Source: Octopus sinensis (Eukaryota). Taken from it: DNA of 64,000 nucleotides. Each line of letters starts with the position of its first letter. The first letter of the stretch is position 1. Location: positions 3,534,001 to 3,598,000 of the forward strand of contig NC_043016.1 of NCBI RefSeq assembly GCF_006345805.1. The letters are read 5' to 3'. The notes under the pieces are model-generated. The model worked only from the letters and a program-made list of their open reading frames with translations, ran no database searches and was not told the origin of the DNA. The position numbers were made by a program, and so were the translations under genes. This document shows positions 1 to 11,489 of this stretch, in pieces.

Positions 1-390
1 ATATGGTATCGGTCCAGTCTCATTGCATGGCACGCACCTTGGGTATGTGTGTTCTACAATAACCACGACCGACCAAAGCCTTGTGAGTGGGTTTGGTAGA
101 CGGGAACTGGAAGAAGTCTGTCGTCTATATACGTGTGTGTGTGTTCATGCGAGTGTGTGTGTGTGTGTGTGTATGTGCATGTATGTGTGTCTGTGTTTGT
201 CACACACCACCGCTTGACAACCGGTGGTTAGTTTACTTCCCCGTAATCTAGAAGTTCGGCAAAAGGTGCCGATAGAATACAATAAGGCATAGCAAGCAAA
301 AACAATAAGTACTGGGGTAGATTCATTCAACTGAAAGAGTCTTCAAGGTGGTGCCCCAGCATGACCTTAGTGTAATAACTGAAAGAAGCA
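1..390 (+). mobile_element. tRNA-derived SINE, family A (degenerate, head cut by window edge)
   Basis: Carries the family A blocks CCTTGGG..GTGT.TTCTAC, CCAAAGCCTTGTGAGTGG.TTTGGTAGACGG.AACTG.AAGAAG, an internal (TG)n, and the tail CTTGACAACC...AAGGTGGTGCCCCAGCATGACC; homologous to 6885-7299. Confidence 0.8.
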
Positions 391-582
391 ATATACCACA
401 CACACTCACACACACACACACACACACTATATATATATACATAATATACATATACAAACACACATATATATACATATATATACATACATATATACATTAT
501 ATATACATACATATATAGATATATACAGTATATATTTATATATATCATATATATACATATAAATATATATTATATATATACC

Positions 583-624
<42 letters not shown>

Positions 625-638
625 TATATCTATGTATG

Positions 639-670
<32 letters not shown>

Positions 671-690
671 TACATACATATGTATATGAA
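391..690. repeat. Compound (CA)n/(TA)n/(TACA)n microsatellite
   Basis: Direct reading. Confidence 0.95.
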
Positions 691-699
691 AGAAGGTGT

Positions 700-3600
700 T
701 GTATACAGTGCTCAGGTGTACTGTTGACGGACGCCAGGAAGCATGGAAGTTTTTGAAGATGTAGTGTCTCGACAGCTAACAACTGATGCGAGTAGGTTAT
801 TCCATGCTTCAACAATTCTGAGCCTGCAAAAGTGTTTCAGAAAGTCATGAGTGCTGTGTTGTTTCTTGATTTTGTGACCATGTCCACGAGTGTTTGACAT
901 AAAGAATTCAAAAAGGTGTCCATTGTTGTTGTTAGAAAGATGGTGTATAATCTTGTGGGTGTCTACCACGATAGTTGCCAGATGTCTGAGCCTTAATGTA
1001 TCTTTGCCTTGAGAAGCAAGACGTTCAGAATATGGTACATGCCCGACGGCGGGTATTCGTTTTGTTGCACGTTTCTGAATGGTTTCCATGAGATTTATAT
1101 GATGAGCAATCAAAGAGTGGTGATGCCAATTCTATGTGTGGACATGCTATTGTCATATACAGTTTGAAATAGATAGTTGGAGAGCGGTTGCTGAGTAAGT
1201 ATGTAAAGGCTTGGGTTTTCCCTCCCAAAATGGATGGTGGCGCACTTGTCCGCAGCTAGCTTGAGTTGACAGTCAGATATCCTTTGCTGCATTGTATCCA
1301 GGTCTGATTACAGGTAAGATCTATAGCGCATAAGATCTGTTCTTTTTATTTCGAGGTAGAGCTTGATGTCATCTGGATATTTCAGCACTGTAGCATTCCT
1401 CAAGTTGGCATCTATGTCATTAGTATATGCAACAAACAGTAGGGGTCTAAGAACGGATTCCTTTGGTACACCAGAAGTCATCTTGTAGAGTGAAGAATGA
1501 TGTGCTAGAACCACTACTACCTCTTTCCGACCGAGAATGAAGGACTTCAGCCAGTTATAGAGATCATCTTTCACACTTTCTTTGTCATGAGTCCTTTGTG
1601 TGACACAGAAATGAAGGCTTTAGCAAAGACAAGGTGAATAACATCCAGTCATGAGCCGCCATCAATATCTACGGTGATGTCCTCAAGAAACTCGAAGAGT
1701 CGGCTACAACAGCTGGAGTTAGCGATAAATCCAAATTGTGAGGGTCGGACAAGGCTGTGAGAGCTCCAAAAGTTCCAGAGTGTTTCTATGACACAGAACT
1801 CCATTAGTTTGGTGATTGATTCAGCTAGTATGGCTGACTGGACGGTGGTTGACAGGTGATGTGCGATCAATTGTTTTGAACAGGAGAACGACACTGGCAA
1901 TTTTCCAATGCTCTGGAGTGACACAGTTGTTAGGGCAGAATTGAAATAAGAATGAAAGCTGGTGCAAAAGAAAGAACCAGCCATGTTTGAAAAGTAAATA
2001 AGCAACACCATCAATATCATAAGAGATATAAATGTGCTTATTCTTGAGGTGACACGCAGCATTGCGGGTGTGAATTTCACAGATGTTATAGAATTTAATG
2101 GCAGAGTTGGTGAAGGAGGTAAATTTGGATTTTCAACATTCTGTAATAATCTCAACACATTCCTTAGGGTCATCAGTAATCTGATCTGTGAGGTGGATTG
2201 TAAAGAGGGCCAACTGGATAGTGAGGTCTCTGCTTCGAATGTTCATATTTCCAGAACACTTTGCTGCCAGGGCTGCTTCCTATACATTGTTTAAACTCAA
2301 CTACTGTCTTTTTTGTAACTTGCTTGAGATGGTTGGATGATCTGTTGCGTCTTCTATTCTCATCTGTCCCATGCTGTCTTTATTTCTATTCAGCATCACG
2401 ACGATCTTTCCTGGCAAGTCGAACTGCTGTAGTCTCCCAAATTACACACTTTTTATTTATTTTTAGAGCGTTTGCGCGGTACTGCGGCTTCGCATGCAAC
2501 ACAGATTGCACTGATGATGTTTTGAGAAACAGTATTGACATCTCCAGAATCAAAAAATTCAAACCAGTTTGGGCGTTATAACTCATCACATTAACTGTTC
2601 TAGTCTCCTTTGTTCCAGTCAAAACGAGTGGCTTGGAGGAGGTGGTGCTTATTGCTTCTGCCCATAAAAGACAGACTGGCAATGATCATAGCATGATCGG
2701 AGTCGCCTAGAGGTTCCTTGGACGTAACACCTATAACAGTTTCAGGAGTGGTGGTTGTTACCTCTTGTGGGGGAGCTGACTACTTGGAGCCAGTTTGCAT
2801 CCAGCACTACATCCAAGAAATCGTCTGCACTTTGAGACCAACGAAAACGTTCGCGATTGTGGAGAGGGTAGTTGAAGTCACCGTTAATGAAAAAATATGT
2901 GGCTGTTTTCCTGAGGATTTCAAAAAGCTGTGTGTCTTGGTGGTAATTAGGACAGACAGCCCCAAGTGTCAATGTTGACACGTTTATTCGTTATTAGCAA
3001 AAGAGTGCTTCGTATTGAGATTTGTTAAGATCATTTTCAAGGAATTTCTGACCGTTTGTAGATCCCTCCACTGCCTCTACGACGATTAGCACGGTCTTTG
3101 CAAAATAAGTTGTAACTAGCTATGCTAAAAACACCGTCACAAAGTAGAGATTTTGTCCCAGTTTCTGTGACTGTGATGAAATCATCGTCAATACTTTTGA
3201 TGCAAGAGTCAAAAAGGTACACCTTGTTGCACAAATTCCGGGCATTCAGGGATTGGAGTTTGAAATGGGATTTAATACCATCATGATGTTGTATAGAAGA
3301 TGGACTATGTGCTTCGTTGTTCAGGGGCAACACTGGGAGGATAATATTTGCTCTGGGTTGTATGAGTGGAGTGATGCTCTAGTTGATGATGGTGGTTGTG
3401 TGTTCCTAGAGATTTAGATATGCGACGTTGGATCTCCAGGCTTAAGTCGGCTTTAATATTTTCCAAGTAATTTAATAAAAAAAAGAGTTTCCTCCTTAGT
3501 TTATTTTATGTGGTGTTGCGGTTTTTCTGAAATTCTTTCTTCTTTGGTTGGTTTTGGTGTTAAGAGGTGGATTGTGGAATTGTTCTGTTTATATTGCACG

Positions 3601-3960
3601 TCCCTGTTGAAAAAGAACAGTGATCCTTGCTGTTGGTGCCACTGGGACCGAATTTACAGTTACCCTGAGAATGGTAGCGATAAGTGGAAGAGGTTTCCTA
3701 TATTGACATGCGGGGTAGACTGAAAATTGCTGGACGTGCTTGAAGTGAGTTCTGACCTGTCATATTGTTAGTAGCCTGTTGTGACGGTGACTCTCAACTT
3801 ACTACTGTAGGGTTAGGTGGAATTAGGTCAGATGGTGGAACCAAAGTAGATGCTGTCTGCTTGCCGACGGGCTGTTGAGATGACCTCTGAGTGAAATATT
3901 TCTTTTGATGATTGCAAAATGATTATAGAATCAAAATTTAGGAGGTTTTGAGATTGAAAA
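700..3960 (-). mobile_element. Decayed CR1-clade LINE (APE endonuclease + RT), many stops and frameshifts
   Basis: Minus-strand ORF pieces in correct order: LQSLNARNL..ITVTET..KDR..GSGG (APE N-term, 3037-3333); NGDFNYP..QVVSSPTRGNN (2742-2981); SQFGF..SC...L (1649-2173); SGVPKESVLRPLLF..YPDDIKLY (decayed YADD, 1308-1574); METIQKRATKRIP..YSERL (712-1113). Confidence 0.9.
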
Positions 3961-4084
3961 TGAAGAAAATTTCAGCTATTCTGAGTTGAGGTCTGTTTCT
4001 TCGACAAATGACTGGCCAGAGCTATCAGAAACACGTCCAGTGTCTTCGGCTGAGAATAAAATGAATACACACAGCATATATATG

Positions 4085-4186
4085 TTCAGACAAACAGATA
4101 GGCAGACAAACAGACATATAGTCAGTCAGTCAGACAGACAGACAGGCAGACAGACAGACAGGCAGGCAGATAGATAGATAGATAGA
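4085..4186. repeat. (CAGA)n/(TAGA)n microsatellite
   Basis: Direct reading. Confidence 0.9.
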
Positions 4187-4454
4187 TCTTCCTTTCTTTT
4201 TCTCACTCTCAGTTTGTAATTTGGGTGTTACACCTGGAGTAACTGCTTCTTAGCGTATACTGTCACAATGCCTCCACAATATCTTTATTTTCGTATTTTG
4301 AAGATGCGGTGGTAAAAAGAAGGCAGTTTGGTCATCTATAAAATTTATTACTAATCTCATAAATATATGTATTCTATGTTTAAAATATATTGTGGTCGAC
4401 TTAAATTCATGATTTAAAATAACAAAATATCGTCTCGGTGATCAATTAAATCAT

Positions 4455-4670
4455 AACACACAGATTCGCACACACAAACACACAAACACAGACACGCACG
4501 CATACACGCACATGCACACACGCATATGTAGAGGGGAAAGAGAGAGAGAGTGAAAGAGTGAGACAGAGAGAAAGATAGTTAGAGTGTGAGAAAGTGTGAG
4601 ATACGCGTGAATGGACGTGAATATATATGTGCCTGTATGTGTGTGTGTGTGTATGTGTTTGTGTGAGAAT
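4455..4670. repeat. Mixed CA/GA/TG low-complexity tract
   Basis: Direct reading. Confidence 0.85.
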
Positions 4671-5799
4671 CACTGAATACTCTCCAATAGACGTGCATTG
4701 TTATAATAACCAGACAACAGGAATAAAATAAAACCAACCATGAATAAAATAACCGCGCAAGAAAATATCAAAGAAAGAATGTCTGTTCCTTCAATATGAA
4801 ACTTTCGCCAAATCCTACATTACAATGTTTCTAAGATTCCAACAAAGTCCTTGCTTCGAATTAATTAGAATCCTTCTGTGAGTGTGGAATAATCTGAAAT
4901 AGTTTTTGAGAGTAGTAGTATAAATAAGAGGCTAAGGGTAATATTTAAGGATTGCTTTCTGAATCTGATAGAAAATTATGAATTTATATGGTATTTTGTC
5001 GATAGATTCAACTTGCTTTCTCAACCCCACAATTAATAACGAAGTTGATCACAATGATTTTAAATCTGACTGCTGACATGCTGATTCCTTAATGTGTAGA
5101 CTTCTTCAGTGAAATATTTATCTATCTACATATTTCGAAGGTATATTTGCTAAGTGAATAAGTTGCATGCGCTGATTAGATTTCACGTATCATACTTTGG
5201 AAGTTTGAAAGCCGAGGCAGAACCGGTCGTTGAAAGCTCACAAACAAAATACCGTAAGGTAGCAATCTCAATGGCAGTCATCTAATATGCCTGACTTCAA
5301 TACTTCTCTGAAGAAAGAAGGTTCCTACGTGACATATTAAAATTCAACTTCTCTCATGACGCAAGAACTTATTTTAGTTTCACAGCTTCAAGTATTACTA
5401 TTGTACAAGTATGCCGAAATATTTTCAAGTGATGTTTTGAGACGTTGTAGACATCATGAAACATTTCACATAGCTAAATTATATAACCAGATATTATTCT
5501 GTTAGACGAAGCCATATAAGATTTTAATATTATCAATTTTAGTATAATTAATACGAATACTTTCATGTCTATGGAAGTATTCATATTACTTGAGTTTATC
5601 ATCGATATTTACAAAATATACGAGAATGCATATTCGACAATTCTACGGGATTCTACCGGCGGAGGTATAGCAGTGAGGTAAAAAAAAAGTTTGCTTCACT
5701 TTGATCATGTGACTTCTATGATAGTTTGTTGTTAACGAATCCGTTGAGTGTAATTTGTCATATGGAGATTGTTCAGAAGATTAGGATACACACACACAA

Positions 5800-5833
<34 letters not shown>

Positions 5834-5889
5834 ATATATATGTGTGTATGTATGTATTTATTTGCATATATGTGTTTTTGTTTCTATAT

Positions 5890-5975
5890 ATATAAGACTT
5901 TCTCACCTTCTAGAGCGTTAAACTAATACACCTCTTTCTTGTTTACACACTTGCCTTCGTCTTATGTTTATATAT
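5890..5975 (+). mobile_element. Short remnant of the PLE terminal-repeat family also at 9300-9420 and 49225-49412
   Basis: AAGACTTTCTCAC..GAGCGTTAAACTAATACA..CTTCGTCTT matches those two loci; embedded in (TA)n. Confidence 0.6.
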
Positions 5976-6884
5976 ATATATATATATATAAAACTAAATC
6001 AAGGATATAAGATCCCTCTTAGAGGGATGTAAACATCCAAGTTCCCAGTTTTATCCAGTGTATCAGTGAAAAACCAAAGATGTTAGCTTCGTGTTGATGG
6101 ATATGGCTATATTATTGTTTATGTACGAGAAATATAAAACGGAGAAATTGAGATATAGACATTATTTATTAGAACATATTTAATTCGAAACAAAAAGAAA
6201 TTCTTATCACCTACAATTGTTTCAATACCCAATTAATTCAATTTGAGAAATGAAGTTAAATTATATTAAACTCCAATTGAATATAGCGAATTGGACATTT
6301 CGTCTGGGGAAATTGGATATTTCATATATGTAATATACGCAGCTATAATTTTAATTGAAAAATAATAATTATAATGTATTATTTAACTATAATTACAAGG
6401 GATTGCAAGTGGGTAGCTTATAATAATTTTCTTAAGTGATTAAATACTTTACTGACATTTTGATCTATCATAAGTTATAAAATAATGGGAGAATAATGTT
6501 TTTAGTTTCTAGTATTCTACTTCGGAGTAGCATTTAAGCTGACGGCTACTTTTGTTTTTCAACAACATTAAATACGCACGCGCACAAATGCATTAAGCAA
6601 ATTTGCGTATACATATACACAATGGCTTTTAAAATACATTGGGTGCAAAAACGCACGCAACTGAGTCTATCAATGATCTACCAACATATTTGAAGAAATG
6701 TCCAATCGGCTGTATTCAATAGGAATCTTTAATTTAATTTAAATTAAATTAATTTAATTTCTCAAAATGAATTAATTAAGCATGGAAACAATTCTAACTG
6801 ATAAGAAGTTGTTTTTGTTTGGAATTGAATATGTTCCAATAAATTGAGATCTATGTCTCAATTTCTCCGTTTTCTTTTTCTCTT

Positions 6885-7056
6885 AGGCGCCGGAGTGGCT
6901 GTGTGGTAAGTAGCTTGTTTGCCAACCACATGGTTCCGGGTTCAGTCCTACTGCGTGGTACCTTGAGCAAGTGTCTTCTACTATAGCCTCGGGTCGACCA
7001 ACGCCTTGTGAGTGGATTTGGTAGACGGAAACTGAAAGAAGCCCGTCGTATATATG

Positions 7057-7087
<31 letters not shown>

Positions 7088-7299
7088 TTGTGTGTCTGTG
7101 TTTGTCTCCCTGGCATTGCTTGACAACCGATGCTGGTGTGTTTATGTCCCCGTTACTTAGCGGTTCGGCAAAACAGACAGATAGAATAAGTACTGGGCTT
7201 AAAAAAAGAATAAGTCCCGGGGTCGAGTTGCTCGATTAAAGGCGGTGCTCCAGCATGGCCACAGTCAAATGACTGAAAAACAAGTAAAAGAGAGTAAAG
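6885..7299 (+). mobile_element. tRNA-derived SINE, family A, full length
   Basis: Head AGGCGCCGGAGTGGCTGTGTGGTAAG (A-box-like) and GGTTCCGGGTTCAGTCC (B-box-like); internal (TA)n(TG)n; tail GGCGGTGCTCCAGCATGGCCACAGTCAAATGACTGAAA..GTAAAAGAG. Confidence 0.92.
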
Positions 7300-7331
7300 A
7301 TATATATATATAATATATATAATATATATAT

Positions 7332-7375
<44 letters not shown>

Positions 7376-7424
7376 AATATATATATAACATATATTATAA
7401 TATATATTTATAAATATATATACT

Positions 7425-8542
7425 TCGCCATTTACAAAGATGATGCCCTAGATTAACCGCAAATACCAATGGACAAGCACAGGATCGATTTAGGAAGGAA
7501 ATTATCCATTTGATGAAAACTTTCGGTCTTAGCATAACTACAGATACCAACCTGACGGTTGTCAATTTCCTAGATGTATCCTTAGATCGAAATAAGAATA
7601 GTTATAAACCTTATAGGAAGCTCTATGACAGAGTTATATCAATGTTGGTTATTGCCATCCCCCCATAATGTTTAAAAATTTAGTTAAAAACATTAGCAAA
7701 AGAATTTCTGGCCTCCCCTCCGATAGGGACATTTTTAATAGCGTTGCCCCAGTATATAAGAAGGCTCTAAAAGAGAGTGGATTTAGCGAGGAAATAACCA
7801 ATACACCAATAATAAAAAAAAAGAAACATAGGAATAGGAAAATTATCTGGTTCACACACCCCTACTCACCCGAAGTGACCTTTAATATAGGCAAGTATTT
7901 CTTAGCACTGATAGATAGACATTTTCCAGTCAACCACACTTATAGAAAGCTCTCCAATAGACATAACTAAAAATCAGTTTCAGCGCAACTACTAATTTTA
8001 AAAATATAATTGCACACAACACACAAAAACCACAATACAAAACCAGCTGTTCATGGAGGGAATAAAAATTTGTGCCCACTAAATGGAGCTTGCATGTCCG
8101 AGATCATCATTTATGAAGCCACCGTGACCTCTATATCCACTAAGGACACGGTTTCAAGGCCAGGTTCAATAATCCCACCTTGGGCTTCAGGCACTGGGAT
8201 AAAAGGAAAACGACCAAATTATCCGGTCATATATGGTCCTTAAAAGATAAAGATGTCAGTTACAACATCCATTGGAAGATTTTAGCCAAGCGGAAGCCCT
8301 ACACCAACGACTGTGGAAAGTGCAGTGATATGGAAAAGTGAATAATCTGGAAAAGCAAATTAGACCCCGTCACATGTCTAAATTCAAGAACTGATATTTC
8401 GGATCATGTCCACATGGGGCTAAATATTTGCTAGTTTTTGGTCCCCACGAGATTACAGTTAGGACTTACTTTCTATATTGTGTCCACATACAAGCTTTTT
8501 TTCTCTCTGTACCTTTTACTTATATTTCTTATATTTCTTATA

Positions 8543-8630
<88 letters not shown>

Positions 8631-9420
8631 AGATATTGTTTCATAGTTTTATTGCTCATATAATTTTTACATATAATTCTACTTTCCACCCTGCATTTTT
8701 CCTGTGCGTATATAGACGTGTATTGGAATTTTTGTGCGCGCGTGTGGATGTGTGCGTGCATGCGAGTATGTGCGTATATAGACGTGGTTTACTCTTATTG
8801 CTTATTTTTTACTCATTTTTCTGTATTTTGCCTTTAGCCCTGATTTTTTGTATGGACGTGTGTGTGTGTGTGCGAGCCTGTATGCGGGTATGTATTTATA
8901 TTGTTAGTGAATGTGTGGGTGAGCATGTGTGTGTTTCAAGTGAGGGTGGATGAGTATATACATATAAGCGCACATACGTGGGTGTGCGAAGGCGCATGTG
9001 TATGTATGGACATGTGCGTTTACGCGATTAATTTTTTACTCCCTTACCTTTACTCCCTCCCCTCACTTAGCGGCCATTCTAATAGCTCTTTTGTCTTAAT
9101 AACGATCAATCACTCATTAGTTTCCTTTCATTTTAACGGTCATTTTCATAGCATTTTTTTCGATGGCCCGCTAACTGTAGAGATGCCGGCGTGGGTTTCC
9201 GCCCCGACATCCGAAACTCGGAGTTTTATCATGGCTACCGAATAACTGTCACATATTACTTTAACTTATAAATTCCTCTACATAATATCAAGGTCTCTTT
9301 CATTCTTTTGTTGTCAGCGTAGGCTCGAAACGTAAGAGACTTTTTCTATTTCTGAGCGCTATACTAATACATCTGTTTGTTTGTACACCACCAGCCTTCG
9401 TCTTTTGTTTATTTTCGTAA
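7425..9420 (+). mobile_element. 5'-truncated decayed Penelope-like element (Naiad-like RT thumb + GIY-YIG) with microsatellite-interrupted 3' region
   Basis: YKDDAL (about 7430); VNFLDVSLD; KNISKRISGLPSDRDIFNSVAPVYKKALKESGF; RKIIWFTHPYS; CPLNGACMSEIIIYEATV; later LSGHIWSLK..HWKIL..C..C..LNSR..SCPH in shifted frames. Same motif order as the 51.8-54 kb ORF. Inclusion of 8530-9420 is inferred from the ribozyme-like motifs there. Confidence 0.8.
9170..9230 (+). ncRNA. Type I hammerhead-ribozyme-like motif (decayed)
   Basis: CUGUAGA (9175-81, A6>U); about 13-bp stem II GAUG...CAUC with GUUU loop; GAAA (9213-16); palindromic stem III ACUC-G-GAGU; H17=U9225; stem I UAA/UUA. Confidence 0.6.
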
Positions 9421-9430
9421 ACTTTCCTTG

Positions 9431-9460
<30 letters not shown>

Positions 9461-9462
<2 letters not shown>

Positions 9463-9768
9463 GAGACGCAATGGCTCAGTGGTCAGGGAGCGGACTCGCC
9501 ATCGTAGGGTCACGGTTTCGATTCCCAGACCGGGCGTTGTGAGTGTTTATTGAGCGAAGACACCTAAAAACTCCACGAGGCTCCGGCAGGGGGGGGGCGA
9601 TCCCTGCTGTACTCTTTCGCCACAACTTTCTCTCACTCTTTCTTCTGTTGGCCTGCTCGCTTAGCCAGTGGGGTGGCGTTATTTGAAGACTAAAACAATG
9701 CGAAGCGCATTGTGACCAGCGATGTGTAGCAACATCTGACAGCCTGGTCGATCACGTGATCACGTGAT
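9461..9768 (+). mobile_element. tRNA-derived SINE, family C
   Basis: TGGCTCAGTGGTCAGGG (A-box) and GGTTTCGATTCCC (B-box) head; body unrelated to families A and B; ends in ATCACGTGATCACGTGAT. Confidence 0.8.
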
Positions 9769-9779
9769 AAGAAAGCAAA

Positions 9780-10150
9780 ACATCCAAATAGACGATACAA
9801 AAAACACGGACGGGTCATTCGAAGCCTCTAATCTTCAATCAAGAACCGGATCATCCTCGCAATTTCGGCTGATTAATCTTGAGATTGCTCCAATCTGGCC
9901 AGCCCCAAGGAAAAACTAAGCTACGAGCATTAGATTTCTTGGAAAACGGATCGAATGTATACGAAACAAGGATAGAAAAAGGGACGATATTACACGAATA
10001 TAAATACAAAAAAACACTAATAATAATAGCAACAGGCGTCTTTCAAATCAGACGAATTGAATTCAGCTGGCGTATTTGAAAAATATGCCGTATGGCATAC
10101 GAAGAAAACGGTGTTGCCGTGCCGGTGGTCCGAAGCAAAAGTTTATTCTC
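9780..10150 (-). mobile_element. Probable PLE terminal-repeat remnant
   Basis: Minus strand has two degenerate hammerhead-like strings (CTCAAGATTAATCAGCCGAAA; TTGAAGATTAGAGGCTTCGAA) and ends in (TA)n; no ORF. Confidence 0.35.
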
Positions 10151-10152
10151 TC

Positions 10153-10205
<53 letters not shown>

Positions 10206-10222
10206 TGTATTTATGCATAGCA

Positions 10223-10376
10223 GCAGGTGTGGTTGTGTGGTAAAAAGGTGCCCCCCCCACATAGTTCCGGCTTCAGTCGTTACCTTGCGCAAGTGTCTTC
10301 TACTATAGCCAAAGCTCTCTGTGTGGATTTGGTTATAGTAGAACTGAAAGAAGCCCGCCGTATATATATATATATA

Positions 10377-10424
<48 letters not shown>

Positions 10425-10610
10425 TGTACGCGTGTATTTGTCTACCACCACCGCTCGACAACTAGTGTTGGTGTGTTTATTTAGCGGTTCGGTAAAAGAG
10501 GTCGATAGTATAAGTACCAAACCTTAAAATATAAGACCTGTGTTCGATATGATAGGTAACATCCTAGAGGGCAGCACCCAAGATGAGACGTATAATGACT
10601 AGAAACCTTG
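10223..10610 (+). mobile_element. SINE family A, degenerate
   Basis: GTGGTTGTGTGGTAA head, CAAGTGTCTTCTACTATAGCC, GAACTGAAAGAAGCCCG, internal (TA)(TG), TTAGCGGTTCGG. Confidence 0.8.
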
Positions 10611-11049
10611 AAAGTGTAAGCACATACTTTAATATTGTTCTAAAACATTTTTGCTGTAATAATTTCTTGAAAGAATGTGTCATTCTTGAAAGAATGTATC
10701 ATCGACTAACAGAAATATTGCAATTTCGGCACAATTAGTTCTCTAAGTTTCAGGTATAGTTTCATATTATATAATATTGGTCAAATTGCACCACAAACGT
10801 TAAAACATTTAGACCCGGAAATAATTTAGTCTTTATCAGTTTTTATTCTTGAAATCTTAATCCATATATGGAGTGATTTATTTGCTCAACACACAACACA
10901 TACGCACACAAATATCCACATATATACACACTGGTATATATGTGACTTGCGTTATCTTTAGTAAATTTGGAGAGAAAAAAGACAAGCTCAATCCTATGGA
11001 ATTTATAATCGGGATATAATGGGACAATCGGAATGTCACACACACAAAT

Positions 11050-11086
<37 letters not shown>

Positions 11087-11489
11087 AAATACACAAACAC
11101 ATACAAATACACACACACAATTGATTGGTAAATGTGTCTCTACAAAGATATTGTAAACACTGATACACAAAAACACAATATATCTTCTCTGGTTCTATCG
11201 ATTAAAAAAAGGCCACCACTTGCAACATTCACTCGATTCACCCATTTCTTTATTTCTTGTCACTCTTGCTGACTTTCTTGCCCTCTTTAGCAGCATTTAG
11301 GCCAGTCCTTTCCTTCAAGAACTGAAATTCTACCGACACAGAATATAATCGCATATGTTCAAATAAAAATACCACAACGGTATGAAAAGACTGACTCCTT
11401 ACTCTTTATTTCACCAACTGATCTGACTATGTGGCCTAGTTTAATGGACAGTCAGGAGTTAACTGTTTCACTCATGGACATATTGTGTA

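Noticed and set aside
6012-6039. Palindromes ATCCCTCT-T-AGAGGGAT and GGATG-TAAA-CATCC
   Set aside because: Short; probably the end of an unclassified repeat; no functional context.
6885-6960. tRNA genes
   Set aside because: A/B-box heads continue into SINE bodies, are multi-copy and form no complete cloverleaf.
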